Below are positions 39,729 through 50,048 of a stretch of DNA of 64,000 bases, one piece after another (the stretch's first letter is position 1; every line of letters starts with the position of its first letter). A program made the translations under genes and the position numbers. The stretch is from the NCBI GenBank assembly GCA_947630015.1, contig CANRFY010000008.1, positions 5,976 through 69,975 on the forward strand, read 5' to 3'. The notes below the pieces were generated by a model. The model ran no database searches. It saw only the letters and a program-made list of their open reading frames with translations, and had not been told where the DNA came from. The stretch comes from an uncultured Clostridia bacterium. GTDB lineage: Bacteria > Bacillota > Clostridia > Oscillospirales > CAG-272.

Positions 39729-40652
39729 ATGATTTCCGTTATGCTGGACGTAACGCTTGCCGGATGCGGCGGCACGATCCCGCTCAAAAACAGATGGCTG
39801 ACGTCGTGCATGATGCGGTACTGCGGCAAATGCCTTCTCATAGACTGCGGCGAAGGCACCCAGATCGCGATGAAGTCGTCGTCGCTTCCGTTCAAGCCCG
39901 TATCGGTCATATGCATCACGCATTATCACGCCGATCATCTGAGCGGCCTGCCCGGGCTTTTGCTGTCGATGGGCGGCGAGGGACGCACGGAGCCTGTCAC
40001 CATAATCGGCCCCGCGCACATAGAGCATTACGTTCGCGCGCTTCTTACGATCGCGCCGGAGCTTCCGTTCGAGGTCGTCTGCCGTCCCGTGAACGATCGG
40101 ATCGAAACGATGACGCTCTCCGGCTTCACGATCACGGCGTTTCGCGTCAGTCATACGCTTCCCTGCTACGGCTACACCGTCGACATCCCGCGCGTCGGGA
40201 AATTCGATCCCGAAAAGGCGCTTGCAAACCGCGTTCCGATGGCGGCGTGGAGTCCGCTGCAAAAAATGCCGAGCGTCGATATCGACGGGACGACTTACAC
40301 GCGCGACATGGTACTCGGCCCCGACAGGCGCGGCATCAAGGTCACGTACTGCACGGACACGCGTCCCGTCCCCATAATCGCTGAGCAGGCCAAGGACGCC
40401 GATCTCTTCATCTGCGAGGGGATGTACGGCGACGAGGACAAGCAGGAAAAGGCCGTCAAGGCGAAGCATATGACGTTTTCGGAGGCGGCGTCGCTCGCGA
40501 AGCGCGCAATGCCGCGCCGGTTCTGGCTGACGCATTACAGCCCGTCGATGCCCGATCCCGAATCGTATCTCGACGAGGCGCGCGCCATTTTTCCCGACAC
40601 CGTATGCGGCTACGATGGCATTTCGGAAACGATACGATTCGATGAGCAGTGA
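39729..40652 (+). CDS. rnz: Ribonuclease Z
   Basis: DCGEGTQ, THYHADH, TDTRP, KHMT, THYS. Confidence 0.93.
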   Translation: MISVMLDVTLAGCGGTIPLKNRWLTSCMMRYCGKCLLIDCGEGTQIAMKSSSLPFKPVSVICITHYHADHLSGLPGLLLSMGGEGRTEPVTIIGPAHIEHYVRALLTIAPELPFEVVCRPVNDRIETMTLSGFTITAFRVSHTLPCYGYTVDIPRVGKFDPEKALANRVPMAAWSPLQKMPSVDIDGTTYTRDMVLGPDRRGIKVTYCTDTRPVPIIAEQAKDADLFICEGMYGDEDKQEKAVKAKHMTFSEAASLAKRAMPRRFWLTHYSPSMPDPESYLDEARAIFPDTVCGYDGISETIRFDEQ

Positions 40653-40664
40653 GGTCAAACGAAA

Positions 40665-41756
40665 ATGAAAAAATCAATAAAATTTGCGGCGCTTGCGCTT
40701 GCGATCGCGATCGCGGCGGCTGCCGCCGTTTCATGCGGCGTTAAAAACGACGGCAAAGGCAGCGACACTGATACGGACGCCGGCGTTTATGCGACGGCGG
40801 ACGGCACGGATACGGCTGCGCCCGACACGGATGCGCCCGATACCGACGCGCCCGACACGGACGCGCCTGATACAGACGCGCCCGATACGGATGCGCCCGA
40901 TACGGATGCGCCCGTCACAGATGCGCCCGTCACAGACGCCGACACCGAACCAGAAGGCGCCGATCCAGTCATGGGCGATCACGAGGCGCAGCCTCTGCGC
41001 TATGTCGCCCTCGGCGACTCGATCGCATACGGTCAGGGACTCGCCGACCCCGAGGGCGAACGCTATTCCGCGCTCGTCGAGGCCGCGCTCGACGCGTCCG
41101 GCATCTACGACTGCGAATCGTTCAATTACGGCATAAACGGGCTTCAGAGCGGCGGTCTCATCGACGACATCGCGGACAATTTCGCGCCGGAGCTTAACGG
41201 AGCCGACGTCGTTACTGTCAGCATCGGCGCGAACAACGTGCTGTCGCCGTCCGTATCGATGCTGACGCAGTATGCGATCAATCTTCTCGTCGGCGACGAG
41301 ACGCGGCGCGGCGAGCTTAATTCGGAGCTTTATAAAAATTTCCGCGCCGACACGGACGCGGGTATCGCGGAATTCGAGCGCGATCTGCCGAATCTGATCG
41401 CGCTGATACGCGTCGCCGCGCCCGACGCGCGCATCATTTTCCAGACTATATACAATCCGTATGCGGGAGTGTCGCTGACGCTCGATTTCTCCGTTGAGCA
41501 AATCGCCATGGCGACGCTGTCCGACGAGCTTGTGACGCGCCTCGACGATATCATCAAAGATAACGCCGATAAGCTCGGATACGAGGTCGTCGACATCTAC
41601 GCCGCGTTTTCCGGCGAGGACGGCGTCGTGAACGCCGGCTCCGGCATCGGCTCGTCGCCGTTTTCAAATCTCGATCCGCATCCGACGGCGAAGGGACACC
41701 GCATAATCGCCGACGCGATAACGGATATGCTGCTGCCGAAGGAGGCCGACGTATGA
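40665..41756 (+). CDS. SGNH/GDSL hydrolase lipoprotein
   Basis: VSC lipobox, ALGDS, IGANN, DPHP. Confidence 0.88.
   Translation: MKKSIKFAALALAIAIAAAAAVSCGVKNDGKGSDTDTDAGVYATADGTDTAAPDTDAPDTDAPDTDAPDTDAPDTDAPDTDAPVTDAPVTDADTEPEGADPVMGDHEAQPLRYVALGDSIAYGQGLADPEGERYSALVEAALDASGIYDCESFNYGINGLQSGGLIDDIADNFAPELNGADVVTVSIGANNVLSPSVSMLTQYAINLLVGDETRRGELNSELYKNFRADTDAGIAEFERDLPNLIALIRVAAPDARIIFQTIYNPYAGVSLTLDFSVEQIAMATLSDELVTRLDDIIKDNADKLGYEVVDIYAAFSGEDGVVNAGSGIGSSPFSNLDPHPTAKGHRIIADAITDMLLPKEADV
40818..40937 (+). repeat. Eight 15-bp coding tandem repeats (APDTD x6, APVTD x2)
   Basis: GCGCC(C/T)G.(C/T)AC.GA(C/T) units. Confidence 0.95.
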
Positions 41757-42295
41757 AAATATGCATATTCGGCGCGTCGAGCGATTCGATTCTGCCCGAG
41801 TATCTGTCATCAGCCGAAGATTTCGGGCGTATGATCGCCGTGGGCGGACACACGATGCTGTTCGGTGGCGGCGCGCACGGCGTTATGGGAGCCGCGGCGC
41901 GCGGCGCCAGCGCCGCAGGCGGCAGTATAATCGGCATCGCGCCGTCGTTTTTCGATCGGGAGGGCGTGCTGTTCCGCGGCTGCACCGAGTTCATTTTCAC
42001 CGAAACGATGCGCGAGCGCAAGGCGGCGCTCGAGGACGGCGCGGACGCGTTCGCCGTCCTGCCCGGCGGCATCGGTACATACGAGGAATTTTTCGAGGTA
42101 CTCGTGCTGTGCCAGCTCGGCAGGATGTCAAAGCCGATCGCGGTCTACAACGTCGCGGGCTGCTACAACAAGCTCCGCGAGCTTTTAGAATCCGTCGTCG
42201 ACGGCGGATTCATGCAGCCGTCGTGCCTTTCGCTCTGCCGGTTCTGTACCGACATAGACGAGATCTTCGACTATTTCGACAAATACGGCGTATGA
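41753..42295 (+). CDS. LOG family (TIGR00730) nucleotide phosphoribohydrolase
   Basis: GGG..G.MG, M.ERK, PGGIGTYEE. Confidence 0.92.
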   Translation: MKICIFGASSDSILPEYLSSAEDFGRMIAVGGHTMLFGGGAHGVMGAAARGASAAGGSIIGIAPSFFDREGVLFRGCTEFIFTETMRERKAALEDGADAFAVLPGGIGTYEEFFEVLVLCQLGRMSKPIAVYNVAGCYNKLRELLESVVDGGFMQPSCLSLCRFCTDIDEIFDYFDKYGV

Positions 42296-42428
42296 CCGAC
42301 AGCCCGCGATGCGCGGGCTGCCGCGCTTTTTGCGATGAGAACGACGCATAGTCGCCTCGCCGTCATTGACAATCGCGCGCGCTTGTGGTATATTTACGAG
42401 TGAGAAATCACGCCGTCGGGAGGAATTT

Positions 42429-43013
42429 ATGGACGCCGAGACGATCAACGTAGGTATCAGAATAAAATCCCGTTTTCATGAGATCGAGCCTGACAAGACC
42501 GAGTCCCTGTGCTATTTTGCCGAGATGATGGAATCCGTCATGGAGGGCGACGACAGCGAGGAAAGCGAAGAGGTCAGACGATTTCTGAAATTTCTGCTCG
42601 ACGACGACGGCGAATGCGACAATTTCGAGATGTACACCGAGGGCGAGCTTTACTACGGCGACGGGAAGCTCGAGGTTCGTTACCGCGAGCCTGAGATCAC
42701 CGGCATGGGCGATTCCGTCACGTCGATATCGTTCGACTGCGGCGACCGCAGTCTCGTAACGATCACGCGCGGCGGCGACGTCTATACGGCGCTCGTGCTT
42801 GAGCGCGGCGTCCGCCATACGTGCGCTTACAATACGTCCTCGCAGCCGTTCATCGTTTATACGACGGCGCGCCGCATCGAAAACAGTCTCGACAGGCGCG
42901 GCGGCACGCTCGACATGATCTATACGGTCGAGACGGGGATGTCCCCGCCGCAGTTCAACCGCATGACGATGACGGTCACGCCCGTTCCGAGATCGGAGGC
43001 TCTGCCGATATGA
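42429..43013 (+). CDS. DUF1934-like protein with acidic insertion
   Basis: TEG.L......Y.E..ITGM, R.G.....LV.E.G.RH.C.Y.T, G.L...Y. Confidence 0.7.
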   Translation: MDAETINVGIRIKSRFHEIEPDKTESLCYFAEMMESVMEGDDSEESEEVRRFLKFLLDDDGECDNFEMYTEGELYYGDGKLEVRYREPEITGMGDSVTSISFDCGDRSLVTITRGGDVYTALVLERGVRHTCAYNTSSQPFIVYTTARRIENSLDRRGGTLDMIYTVETGMSPPQFNRMTMTVTPVPRSEALPI

Positions 43014-44089
43014 TCATGACCGAATCCGATCTCAAAATCGCCGTAAAACAGCGCCGGCGCGGCGTTTTCGTGCTTTGCGGCGTCGAATCGTATCTGATAC
43101 GCCATTACCGCGACGAATTCCGCGCGCCGTATACAGGCGACGCCGCGTTCGACCGCGCCGTCGTCGCATATGAGTCGCAGACAGACGCCGCCGACATTAT
43201 AAACGAGGCGGCGACGCCGATGATGAGCGTTTTCAGTCTCATGTCCGATATGTCCGGCGGCGACACAGGCGCACGCAGCAGACTTGTCGAGATAAGCGTC
43301 GACAGTCTCGACGCCCTCTCCGCCTCCGATACGGACGCGCTGCTCGCCGCCCTCTCCGAGGCGGCGTCATACGATTCGGCCATAGTGCTGCTTTGCCTTT
43401 TGCCCGGTACGTTCGACTGCGGCGAGCCGCCGAAGCGGCCGTCGTCGACATATAAAAAGCTGATCGCGGCCGACGGCGTCAACGTCGTTTATTTTCCGGA
43501 GACGACGCCGGCGCAGCTGCGCCGCTGGATCGAACGCCATATCACTCACTGCGCGCTGACGCCCGATCACGACGCCGCAGACGCGATGATATCGTTCTGC
43601 GGCTCCGATATGACGTCGCTGTCGTTTGAAATCGACAAGCTCGTATCGTATGTGAAATCGCGCGGGAAAAGCTCCGTATCCGCCGCCGACGTCGAGACCG
43701 TATGCTGCCGAGGCGAACGCTACGACGCGTTCGCGCTGTCGAACGCCATCCTCGACGGCAGACGCGACGCGGCGCTCGCGGCGCTCGCCGACGAAAGACG
43801 GCGCAAAACGGAGCCGGTCATAGTTTCGGCCGCAGTCGCGCGCGTCATCTCCGACATTATGGCGGTCAAGCTTTTGATGGACGGCGGCGCATCCGCGTCC
43901 GCAATATCGTCAAAGCTCGGTATGCACGAATATAAGGTCAAATTGTACATGAAAAGCGCGTCCCTGCGCTCGAACGAATCGATTGCAAAGGCGGTGCTTG
44001 CGTGCGCGGACGCTGACAGAAGGCTGAAATCGACCGGCACCGGCTATGAAGCGCTCGAACGCCTCGTCTGCTCCGTCGACGCAAAGTGA
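43010..44089 (+). CDS. holA: DNA polymerase III delta subunit
   Basis: L.G.E.YL, EIDKL, F.L..AI, I...LGMHEY, D..LK. Confidence 0.88.
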   Translation: MIMTESDLKIAVKQRRRGVFVLCGVESYLIRHYRDEFRAPYTGDAAFDRAVVAYESQTDAADIINEAATPMMSVFSLMSDMSGGDTGARSRLVEISVDSLDALSASDTDALLAALSEAASYDSAIVLLCLLPGTFDCGEPPKRPSSTYKKLIAADGVNVVYFPETTPAQLRRWIERHITHCALTPDHDAADAMISFCGSDMTSLSFEIDKLVSYVKSRGKSSVSAADVETVCCRGERYDAFALSNAILDGRRDAALAALADERRRKTEPVIVSAAVARVISDIMAVKLLMDGGASASAISSKLGMHEYKVKLYMKSASLRSNESIAKAVLACADADRRLKSTGTGYEALERLVCSVDAK

Positions 44090-44718
44090 CCGCCATGGAC
44101 AAGCTTCACATAGACCGCCCCATCATCGTCGAGGGCAAATACGACCGCGCGCGCATCGAGTCTGTCGCGCACGCGAACATCATAACGACGGACGGCTTCG
44201 GCATATTCACCAAGCGCGAGAAGCTCGCGCTTCTGCGCAGGCTCGCCGCCGACGGCGGCGTGATCCTGCTCACCGACAGCGACGGCGCTGGCGGCGTCAT
44301 TCGATCATATATAACGTCCTCCCTGCCGGCAGGCTCGGTGATCCAGCTCTACGTCCCATCCGTTAAGGGCAAGGAGAAGCGCAAAAAAACATCGTCGCGC
44401 GCCGGCGTTCTCGGCGTCGAGGGCATCGATCCCGACGTCATTTATAAGCTGCTGTATCCGTTTTCGCGCGAGTGCGGAGGCGGGGAGGCTCGCGAGGTCG
44501 GCGGGATAACGAAGGCCGATTTTTACGCTTACGGGCTGTCCGGCGGCGAGCGCGCCCAGTCGCTGCGCGACGAGCTGTCGCGCCGTCTCGAGCTGCCGCC
44601 GTCCATGACGGCGAACGCGCTTCTGGCCGCCGTGAACGTGCTGATCGGCAAAAGCGAATTTGAAAGGATCGCCTCCGAGCTTTGCAGAGGCGCGGACAGC
44701 TGTGATGCGGAAGATTAA
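44086..44718 (+). CDS. TOPRIM plus DUF4093 protein, ribonuclease M5-like
   Basis: IVEGKYD, LTD.D.AG..IR, GVEG. Confidence 0.85.
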   Translation: MTAMDKLHIDRPIIVEGKYDRARIESVAHANIITTDGFGIFTKREKLALLRRLAADGGVILLTDSDGAGGVIRSYITSSLPAGSVIQLYVPSVKGKEKRKKTSSRAGVLGVEGIDPDVIYKLLYPFSRECGGGEAREVGGITKADFYAYGLSGGERAQSLRDELSRRLELPPSMTANALLAAVNVLIGKSEFERIASELCRGADSCDAED

Positions 44719-45196
44719 AAGCATCTTTTTCAAATACCGCGAGATCGTCATGTACGTCATATTCGGCGTGCTGACGACGGCGGTGTCGTGGGGCGTCTAT
44801 TTTTTACTGATGCTCGGCGGCAGGCGTCTGTTCTCCATCCCCGAAAACGACGCCGTGAGCGCCGCTTATCTTGCGCTCTATACGGCGGCGCAGGTCATAT
44901 CGTGGATATGCGCCGTGCTGTTTTCGTTTTTCACGAACCGCGCTTACGTCTTTACGGACGCCGACCGCGCCATGGGAACGGTGCGTCAGCTCGTCCGCTT
45001 TTCGTCCGGCCGCCTCATCACGCTCGGACTTGATTACGTCATAACATATGCGGGCGCGCTCGTTCTTATGGGGATTTTAGGCGCCGATCTCGCCGAGGCT
45101 GCGGCCAAGATGATCGCCGCCGTCGCCGTCATGATCGGAAACTACATTTTCGGGAAGCTGTTCGTGTTCAAAAAGAAGAAAGGCAAAGAGAATTGA
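44705..45196 (+). CDS. GtrA family protein
   Basis: Y.IFGVLTT, F.F.TNR.YVF, NY...K.FVF. Confidence 0.88.
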   Translation: MRKIKSIFFKYREIVMYVIFGVLTTAVSWGVYFLLMLGGRRLFSIPENDAVSAAYLALYTAAQVISWICAVLFSFFTNRAYVFTDADRAMGTVRQLVRFSSGRLITLGLDYVITYAGALVLMGILGADLAEAAAKMIAAVAVMIGNYIFGKLFVFKKKKGKEN

Positions 45197-46683
45197 GCAT
45201 ACAGTATTTCGTCGTAACATTCGGGATATTTATAGCTAAATCGCTCGGATTTTTGCGAGACGTCGTGTTCGGGGCAAAATTCGGCGCTACGGCGGAAAGC
45301 GACGTATATTTTCAGATATTCGGCGTCGTGACGCTCGTATTCACCGGCGTCGGCGTGGCTCTTCAGACGCTCGTCATCAAGAATCTGAATTCGCAGCCCA
45401 CGACGGACGACGCGCGGCGGTCATATGTCGCGGGATTCATCACGCGCGTGTTTTTTGCCTGCGCCGCAGTAACGGCGGCGCTGTATGCGGGCGCGCCGTA
45501 TCTCGTCTCGCTGCTTTTACCGGAACTTCGCCCCGATCTGTTCCCGACGGCGCTGACGGTCACGTATATAATGCTGCCGTCGCTCACGTTCGTCGTGATC
45601 GCGTATATAATCTCCGGCGTGCTGCAAAATTCACGCGTGTTCTTCATCCCGTCGATCATAAGTCTGCCGTACAACGTGCTTATCATCTCGCAGCTGCTGT
45701 TCTTCGACCCCGATATAATCGCCGTGAGCGTCGCGACCACGATCGGATGGGCGCTTCACGTCGCGTTTCAGCTGCCGTCGTTTTACCGCCGTGGCTACAG
45801 GCTCGCAAAGCTCCCGCGCGGCGGCGCGGGCGCGTTTGCGGTCCGCGAGGCTGCGGCCATATTCCTGTCGAATATGGTGTTCCAGATCTGCTTCATCATC
45901 GACCGCAGCTTCGTCTCCGGCAGCGAGGGCGCGATAACGTCCGTCAATTATGCGTCGAATCTGTTCGTCACCGTTTCGAGCGTGTTCGTCGTGGCTATGT
46001 CGAGCGTCATATTCCCCGCCATATCGAAAAATTACGCGGAGGGCAAGCTTGAATACGTGCGGCGGCTCGTCGGCACGATGATAATGGCGATGACGGTAAT
46101 TTTCGTGCCGTATCTGCTCGTCGCGTCCGTATTCGGCGGGAATATCGTATCGCTAATATGGGAGCGCGGCAGCTTCACCGCCGACGCCGCGCGCCTTACG
46201 TCGACGTCGTTTATCATATACAGCTTCGGCGTATTCGGCTACATCGCGCAGGAGCTGTTCTCGAAGATTTTATATCTGTCGTCGCGGTACGCGTACACCG
46301 TCGCCGGAGCGGCCGCCGTCGCGGCGTTGAAGCTCGCGACCGACTCCGTGATCGAGGATCGGTTCGGCATCGCCGGCGTCGCAATATCGACGACGGCGCT
46401 GCTGACAGCTTACGCCATATTCATCACGATCAAGATGCGGTCCGTCATAGGCTCGTTCGTCACGCGCAAAATGATCGCCGACGCGCTGCGCACGGCGATA
46501 TGCGCATTGTCGTCGCTCGCCGTTTACTTCATATTCAGATTTGCCGCTCCCGGGCTTTGCGCCGACAGGATCAAATTTCTGATCCCGCTTCTCGTCTGCG
46601 GCGTCGTATACGTCGCCGCGCTGTTCGCGACGGGTCTTTTCCGATCGCTCGCGAACGACATGAAATCAGTTCGCGACAGATAA
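45193..46683 (+). CDS. MurJ/MviN-like flippase
   Basis: K.LGF.RD, FG.....D, ERG.F; about 14 TMs. Confidence 0.82.
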   Translation: MSIQYFVVTFGIFIAKSLGFLRDVVFGAKFGATAESDVYFQIFGVVTLVFTGVGVALQTLVIKNLNSQPTTDDARRSYVAGFITRVFFACAAVTAALYAGAPYLVSLLLPELRPDLFPTALTVTYIMLPSLTFVVIAYIISGVLQNSRVFFIPSIISLPYNVLIISQLLFFDPDIIAVSVATTIGWALHVAFQLPSFYRRGYRLAKLPRGGAGAFAVREAAAIFLSNMVFQICFIIDRSFVSGSEGAITSVNYASNLFVTVSSVFVVAMSSVIFPAISKNYAEGKLEYVRRLVGTMIMAMTVIFVPYLLVASVFGGNIVSLIWERGSFTADAARLTSTSFIIYSFGVFGYIAQELFSKILYLSSRYAYTVAGAAAVAALKLATDSVIEDRFGIAGVAISTTALLTAYAIFITIKMRSVIGSFVTRKMIADALRTAICALSSLAVYFIFRFAAPGLCADRIKFLIPLLVCGVVYVAALFATGLFRSLANDMKSVRDR

Positions 46684-46731
46684 CGCAATAATGATAATGA
46701 AAGGAGCGCGGCGTCAGCCGCACGCCGGAGA

Positions 46732-48756
46732 ATGAAAAAGTTAAATAAATCGCTGCCGCTGATCTTATCGCTCGCGCTTGCGCTTTTGTCGATGATCTCG
46801 CTTTTGCCGCAGTTTTTCGCGCGCGTCGACGCCGAATCGAACAATCGCGGCGTCGTATTCTCGCTGCTCTACACCGAGGCGAAGAACAGGCTCGATCCCG
46901 ATTCGCTGTCGCAATATCTTGAAAGCGCAAAGGACGCGGGCGTCACGTCCGTCACGGTATCCGAGGATACGATGAACGTCCTGATCGCGCGCGGCGACGT
47001 CGTCGGGCTTCAATGGCACGACATCAGGCATAAATACGACGACGAGACTGTCGGGATCGAGGCCGCCGTCGACGCGATAGGCGGGGTCGGATACAATTCC
47101 CACATCATCATCGCCAAGCGCGAGGATGCTGCCCTCCGTCTGCGCCGCTGGCTGCCGCTCTATTATGACGGCAACGATTACGCCGATCTCGGAGACATCG
47201 ACGGGATGGCGGTATTCGTCTTCTACGACGGCAACAGACCGACATACGACATCCCCGTCGGCTACGACGAATCGCAGCTCGCCGACGCGCGCGATCACGG
47301 ATTTGACATCACGATCACGATGCGCGCGGGATCGCACGCCAACGTCGGCTATATCGCGGCTGCGGACGAGCTTATCGAGCGCTACGGCGTCAAATATTTC
47401 AACGTAAGACGCGACAGCTACAGCTCCGACGCCGACGAGAATGCGGACGAAAACGTCCGCCTGATCTGCGATATGATCCGCAGGCACAAAATGCAGCTCG
47501 TCGTGACGGAGAATCAGTCCCAGCTCTCAAACGAGGCCTGCGTCGGTTATGATAAAATATTCGACGCCGCGGACGGACGCGTTCTGCGCTCGTATGAGAC
47601 TTACGACGAATCGCAGGCGGATCCGACCGGTTATATGTTCAGATATTATCAGTACATCAACTCCGTCGTCGACCGCAATATAAGATTTATCACAGTCACC
47701 GAGGTCTCCACCGGCGGCAAGACCGCCGTCGAGCTGTCGCGCGATACGCTGCAAGCCGTATCCCTCGCAAATCAAAAGCTGACCTCGCTCGGCTACGACA
47801 CGTCCGGCGCGGACACCGATCTCGGCTCATACGAGCGTATGGCGGCGACGCCGGCGCTCGCCGCCGCGTTCGCGTCGTCGGCCGTATGCGCCGCCGTTAT
47901 CGCGATATTCGGGCTGACGGACTTTCGGTGGTTCATCGCGGCGGCGGCCGTCACGGCCGCGTCGTTCGGCGTATCGTTTCTCATGCCGGAATCGCTTCTG
48001 CGGCTGTATCCCACCTGCGTCGCGCTCGCGATCCCCTCGCTCGCCGTCGCGCTCGGACTGCTCGCGATCAAGCGCCTCCGCGACAGGCTGTCCTCGATTC
48101 CGCTCGCCGCGGCGTCCGTGCTGACGATACTCGCCGTCGAGGCCGCCGGAGGCGTCGTCATGGCGTCGCTCTTGTCCGGACTCGATTACTATGTCAACAA
48201 CGAAATTTTCCGCGGGATCAAGCTGACGCTGTACGCGCCGCTGCTGCTTGCGGCCGCCGCGTATTATATCATGTTCGTTCACCGCAAGGGATCGTTCACC
48301 GACGACGTCAAATCGCTGCTCGGCGCTCGCATCCGCATCTCATGGGCGCTCGCCGCGATGATAGTCGGCGTCGTCAGCGTCATCTACATCGTGCGCAGCG
48401 GCAACGTCAGCTCGATCTCGTCGCTTGAAGCGTCGATGAGAGAATTCATCACCGATCACTTCGCGGCGCGTCCGCGCACGAAGGAATTTCTCGTCGCGTA
48501 TCCGTGTCTTGCGCTGTTCGTCTGGTACGCGAAAAACACAAAGACGATGCTGCCGCCGTGGTTTTTCGCGATCGGCGCAGCGATTCTGCCCGCGTCCGTG
48601 ACGAACACGTTCTGCCACGTATTCACCGACGCGTCGATACAGTTCGGCAGGCTCGGCGTCGGACTTCTGCTCGGAATATTCACCGCCGCGTTCGCGTCGG
48701 CGCTGAATCTCTTATTTGTTCGCATAATCAAGAAGCGGTTCGGCGTCGAGCTTTGA
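46732..48756 (+). CDS. DUF5693-like membrane protein
   Basis: V.DRN.R, FRGIK, R.GN, RPRTKEFL..YP, NTFCH; csaB synteny. Confidence 0.82.
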   Translation: MKKLNKSLPLILSLALALLSMISLLPQFFARVDAESNNRGVVFSLLYTEAKNRLDPDSLSQYLESAKDAGVTSVTVSEDTMNVLIARGDVVGLQWHDIRHKYDDETVGIEAAVDAIGGVGYNSHIIIAKREDAALRLRRWLPLYYDGNDYADLGDIDGMAVFVFYDGNRPTYDIPVGYDESQLADARDHGFDITITMRAGSHANVGYIAAADELIERYGVKYFNVRRDSYSSDADENADENVRLICDMIRRHKMQLVVTENQSQLSNEACVGYDKIFDAADGRVLRSYETYDESQADPTGYMFRYYQYINSVVDRNIRFITVTEVSTGGKTAVELSRDTLQAVSLANQKLTSLGYDTSGADTDLGSYERMAATPALAAAFASSAVCAAVIAIFGLTDFRWFIAAAAVTAASFGVSFLMPESLLRLYPTCVALAIPSLAVALGLLAIKRLRDRLSSIPLAAASVLTILAVEAAGGVVMASLLSGLDYYVNNEIFRGIKLTLYAPLLLAAAAYYIMFVHRKGSFTDDVKSLLGARIRISWALAAMIVGVVSVIYIVRSGNVSSISSLEASMREFITDHFAARPRTKEFLVAYPCLALFVWYAKNTKTMLPPWFFAIGAAILPASVTNTFCHVFTDASIQFGRLGVGLLLGIFTAAFASALNLLFVRIIKKRFGVEL

Positions 48757-48789
48757 TCCCGAACGACGGACGCGGAAAGGAGGCTCGGC

Positions 48790-49908
48790 TTGTCCGACAT
48801 GATTATCGCCGGTTATCTCGGCTTTGAAAACAGCGGCGACGAGGCGACGCTCGCCGTCGTGCTGAACGAGATCAAGCGCCGGCTTCCGTCGTCCTCCGTC
48901 GTCGTGCTGTCGATGAAGCCGAAAAAAACGTCGGAGGAATACGGCGTCCGCGCCGTACACCGCTACGACGCGCGCGCCGTCGTCGCCGAGATGAAGCGTT
49001 CGCGGGTGTTCGTGTTCGGCGGCGGCAGTCTGCTCCAGGATGTAACGAGCCGCCGTTCGCTCTACTATTATCTTTGGCTGCTGAAAGAAGCGCGCCGCCA
49101 CGGGCTGCATACATTCCTGCTCTCGAACGGGATCGGCCCGCTTATAAGGCCGTCGAGCCGGCGCGCCGCCGCCGACGTGCTGTCGCTTGTCGACGAGATC
49201 ACGCTGCGCGATACGGATTCCGCCGTGCTGCTCGAAAATATCGGCGTGCCGCGCGAACGCGTGACTGTCACGGCGGATACGGCGTTTCTTCTTCCATATC
49301 TGCCGGATGGCGGACGCGGCGCCGATCACGCCGGCGTCCCCGACGGACATCCCTATGCAGTCATAGCGCTCCGCGACGCGAAGCGCTCGCCGAATAATTT
49401 TTTGCAGACGGCGGCCGAGATGTGCCGCTTCATCGACGTGCGCGGCATAGCGCCGCTGCTCGTGCCGATGCAGTACCCGCGCGATATGAAATTGCTCGAC
49501 GGGATCGCTGATGCGGCGCGCGCGTCAGGCGCGCGCGTATACGCGTGGCGCGCGCCGTTCACGGCGGCGGACGCGAAATCGATGCTGCCCCGCGCGTCGT
49601 TCGCCGTCGGGATGCGCCTTCATACGCTCATATTCGCCGCCGCGGCAGGCACACCGTCGGTCGGAATATCGTATGATCCGAAAGTGGAGGCGTTCTGCCG
49701 CGAAATGTCGACTCCGTGCGTGCAGGTGGAGGAGCTTTGCTCGTCTGACGCGATATGCGCGGCCGTATCCCATTTGATCGACAATCGCGAAAGCGCCGCC
49801 GAGGCGGTCTCTCTGCGATCCGCCGTCATGGCGGCGCGCGCGGAGAACGGCATCGATATGCTCGCCGCCGCCGTCGCCGGCGACGCCGCAGCGTCGCGGC
49901 GTACATAA
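48790..49908 (+). CDS. csaB: Polysaccharide pyruvyl transferase CsaB
   Basis: GY.GF.NSGDEA, GGGSLLQDVTS, GIGP, MRLH.LI, YDPKV. Confidence 0.92.
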   Translation: MSDMIIAGYLGFENSGDEATLAVVLNEIKRRLPSSSVVVLSMKPKKTSEEYGVRAVHRYDARAVVAEMKRSRVFVFGGGSLLQDVTSRRSLYYYLWLLKEARRHGLHTFLLSNGIGPLIRPSSRRAAADVLSLVDEITLRDTDSAVLLENIGVPRERVTVTADTAFLLPYLPDGGRGADHAGVPDGHPYAVIALRDAKRSPNNFLQTAAEMCRFIDVRGIAPLLVPMQYPRDMKLLDGIADAARASGARVYAWRAPFTAADAKSMLPRASFAVGMRLHTLIFAAAAGTPSVGISYDPKVEAFCREMSTPCVQVEELCSSDAICAAVSHLIDNRESAAEAVSLRSAVMAARAENGIDMLAAAVAGDAAASRRT

Positions 49909-49987
49909 AATTACATAATATCGAAGGCCGGACGGGATCGCTTCCCGTCCGGCGCTTTTTTCCATCAAAAAAAGTTGTGATCGCCTC

Positions 49988-50038
49988 TTGACAAAACATA
50001 TGTTCCGGTTGTATACTTACGGTACAGAACATTCGTTC
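49988..50038 (+). promoter_or_regulatory. SigA promoter with two LexA (SOS) boxes
   Basis: TTGACA...TATACT; AAAC-ATAT-GTTC (49994-50005) and GAAC-ATTC-GTTC (50027-50038). Confidence 0.85.
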
Positions 50039-50048
50039 GGAGGCGCTT

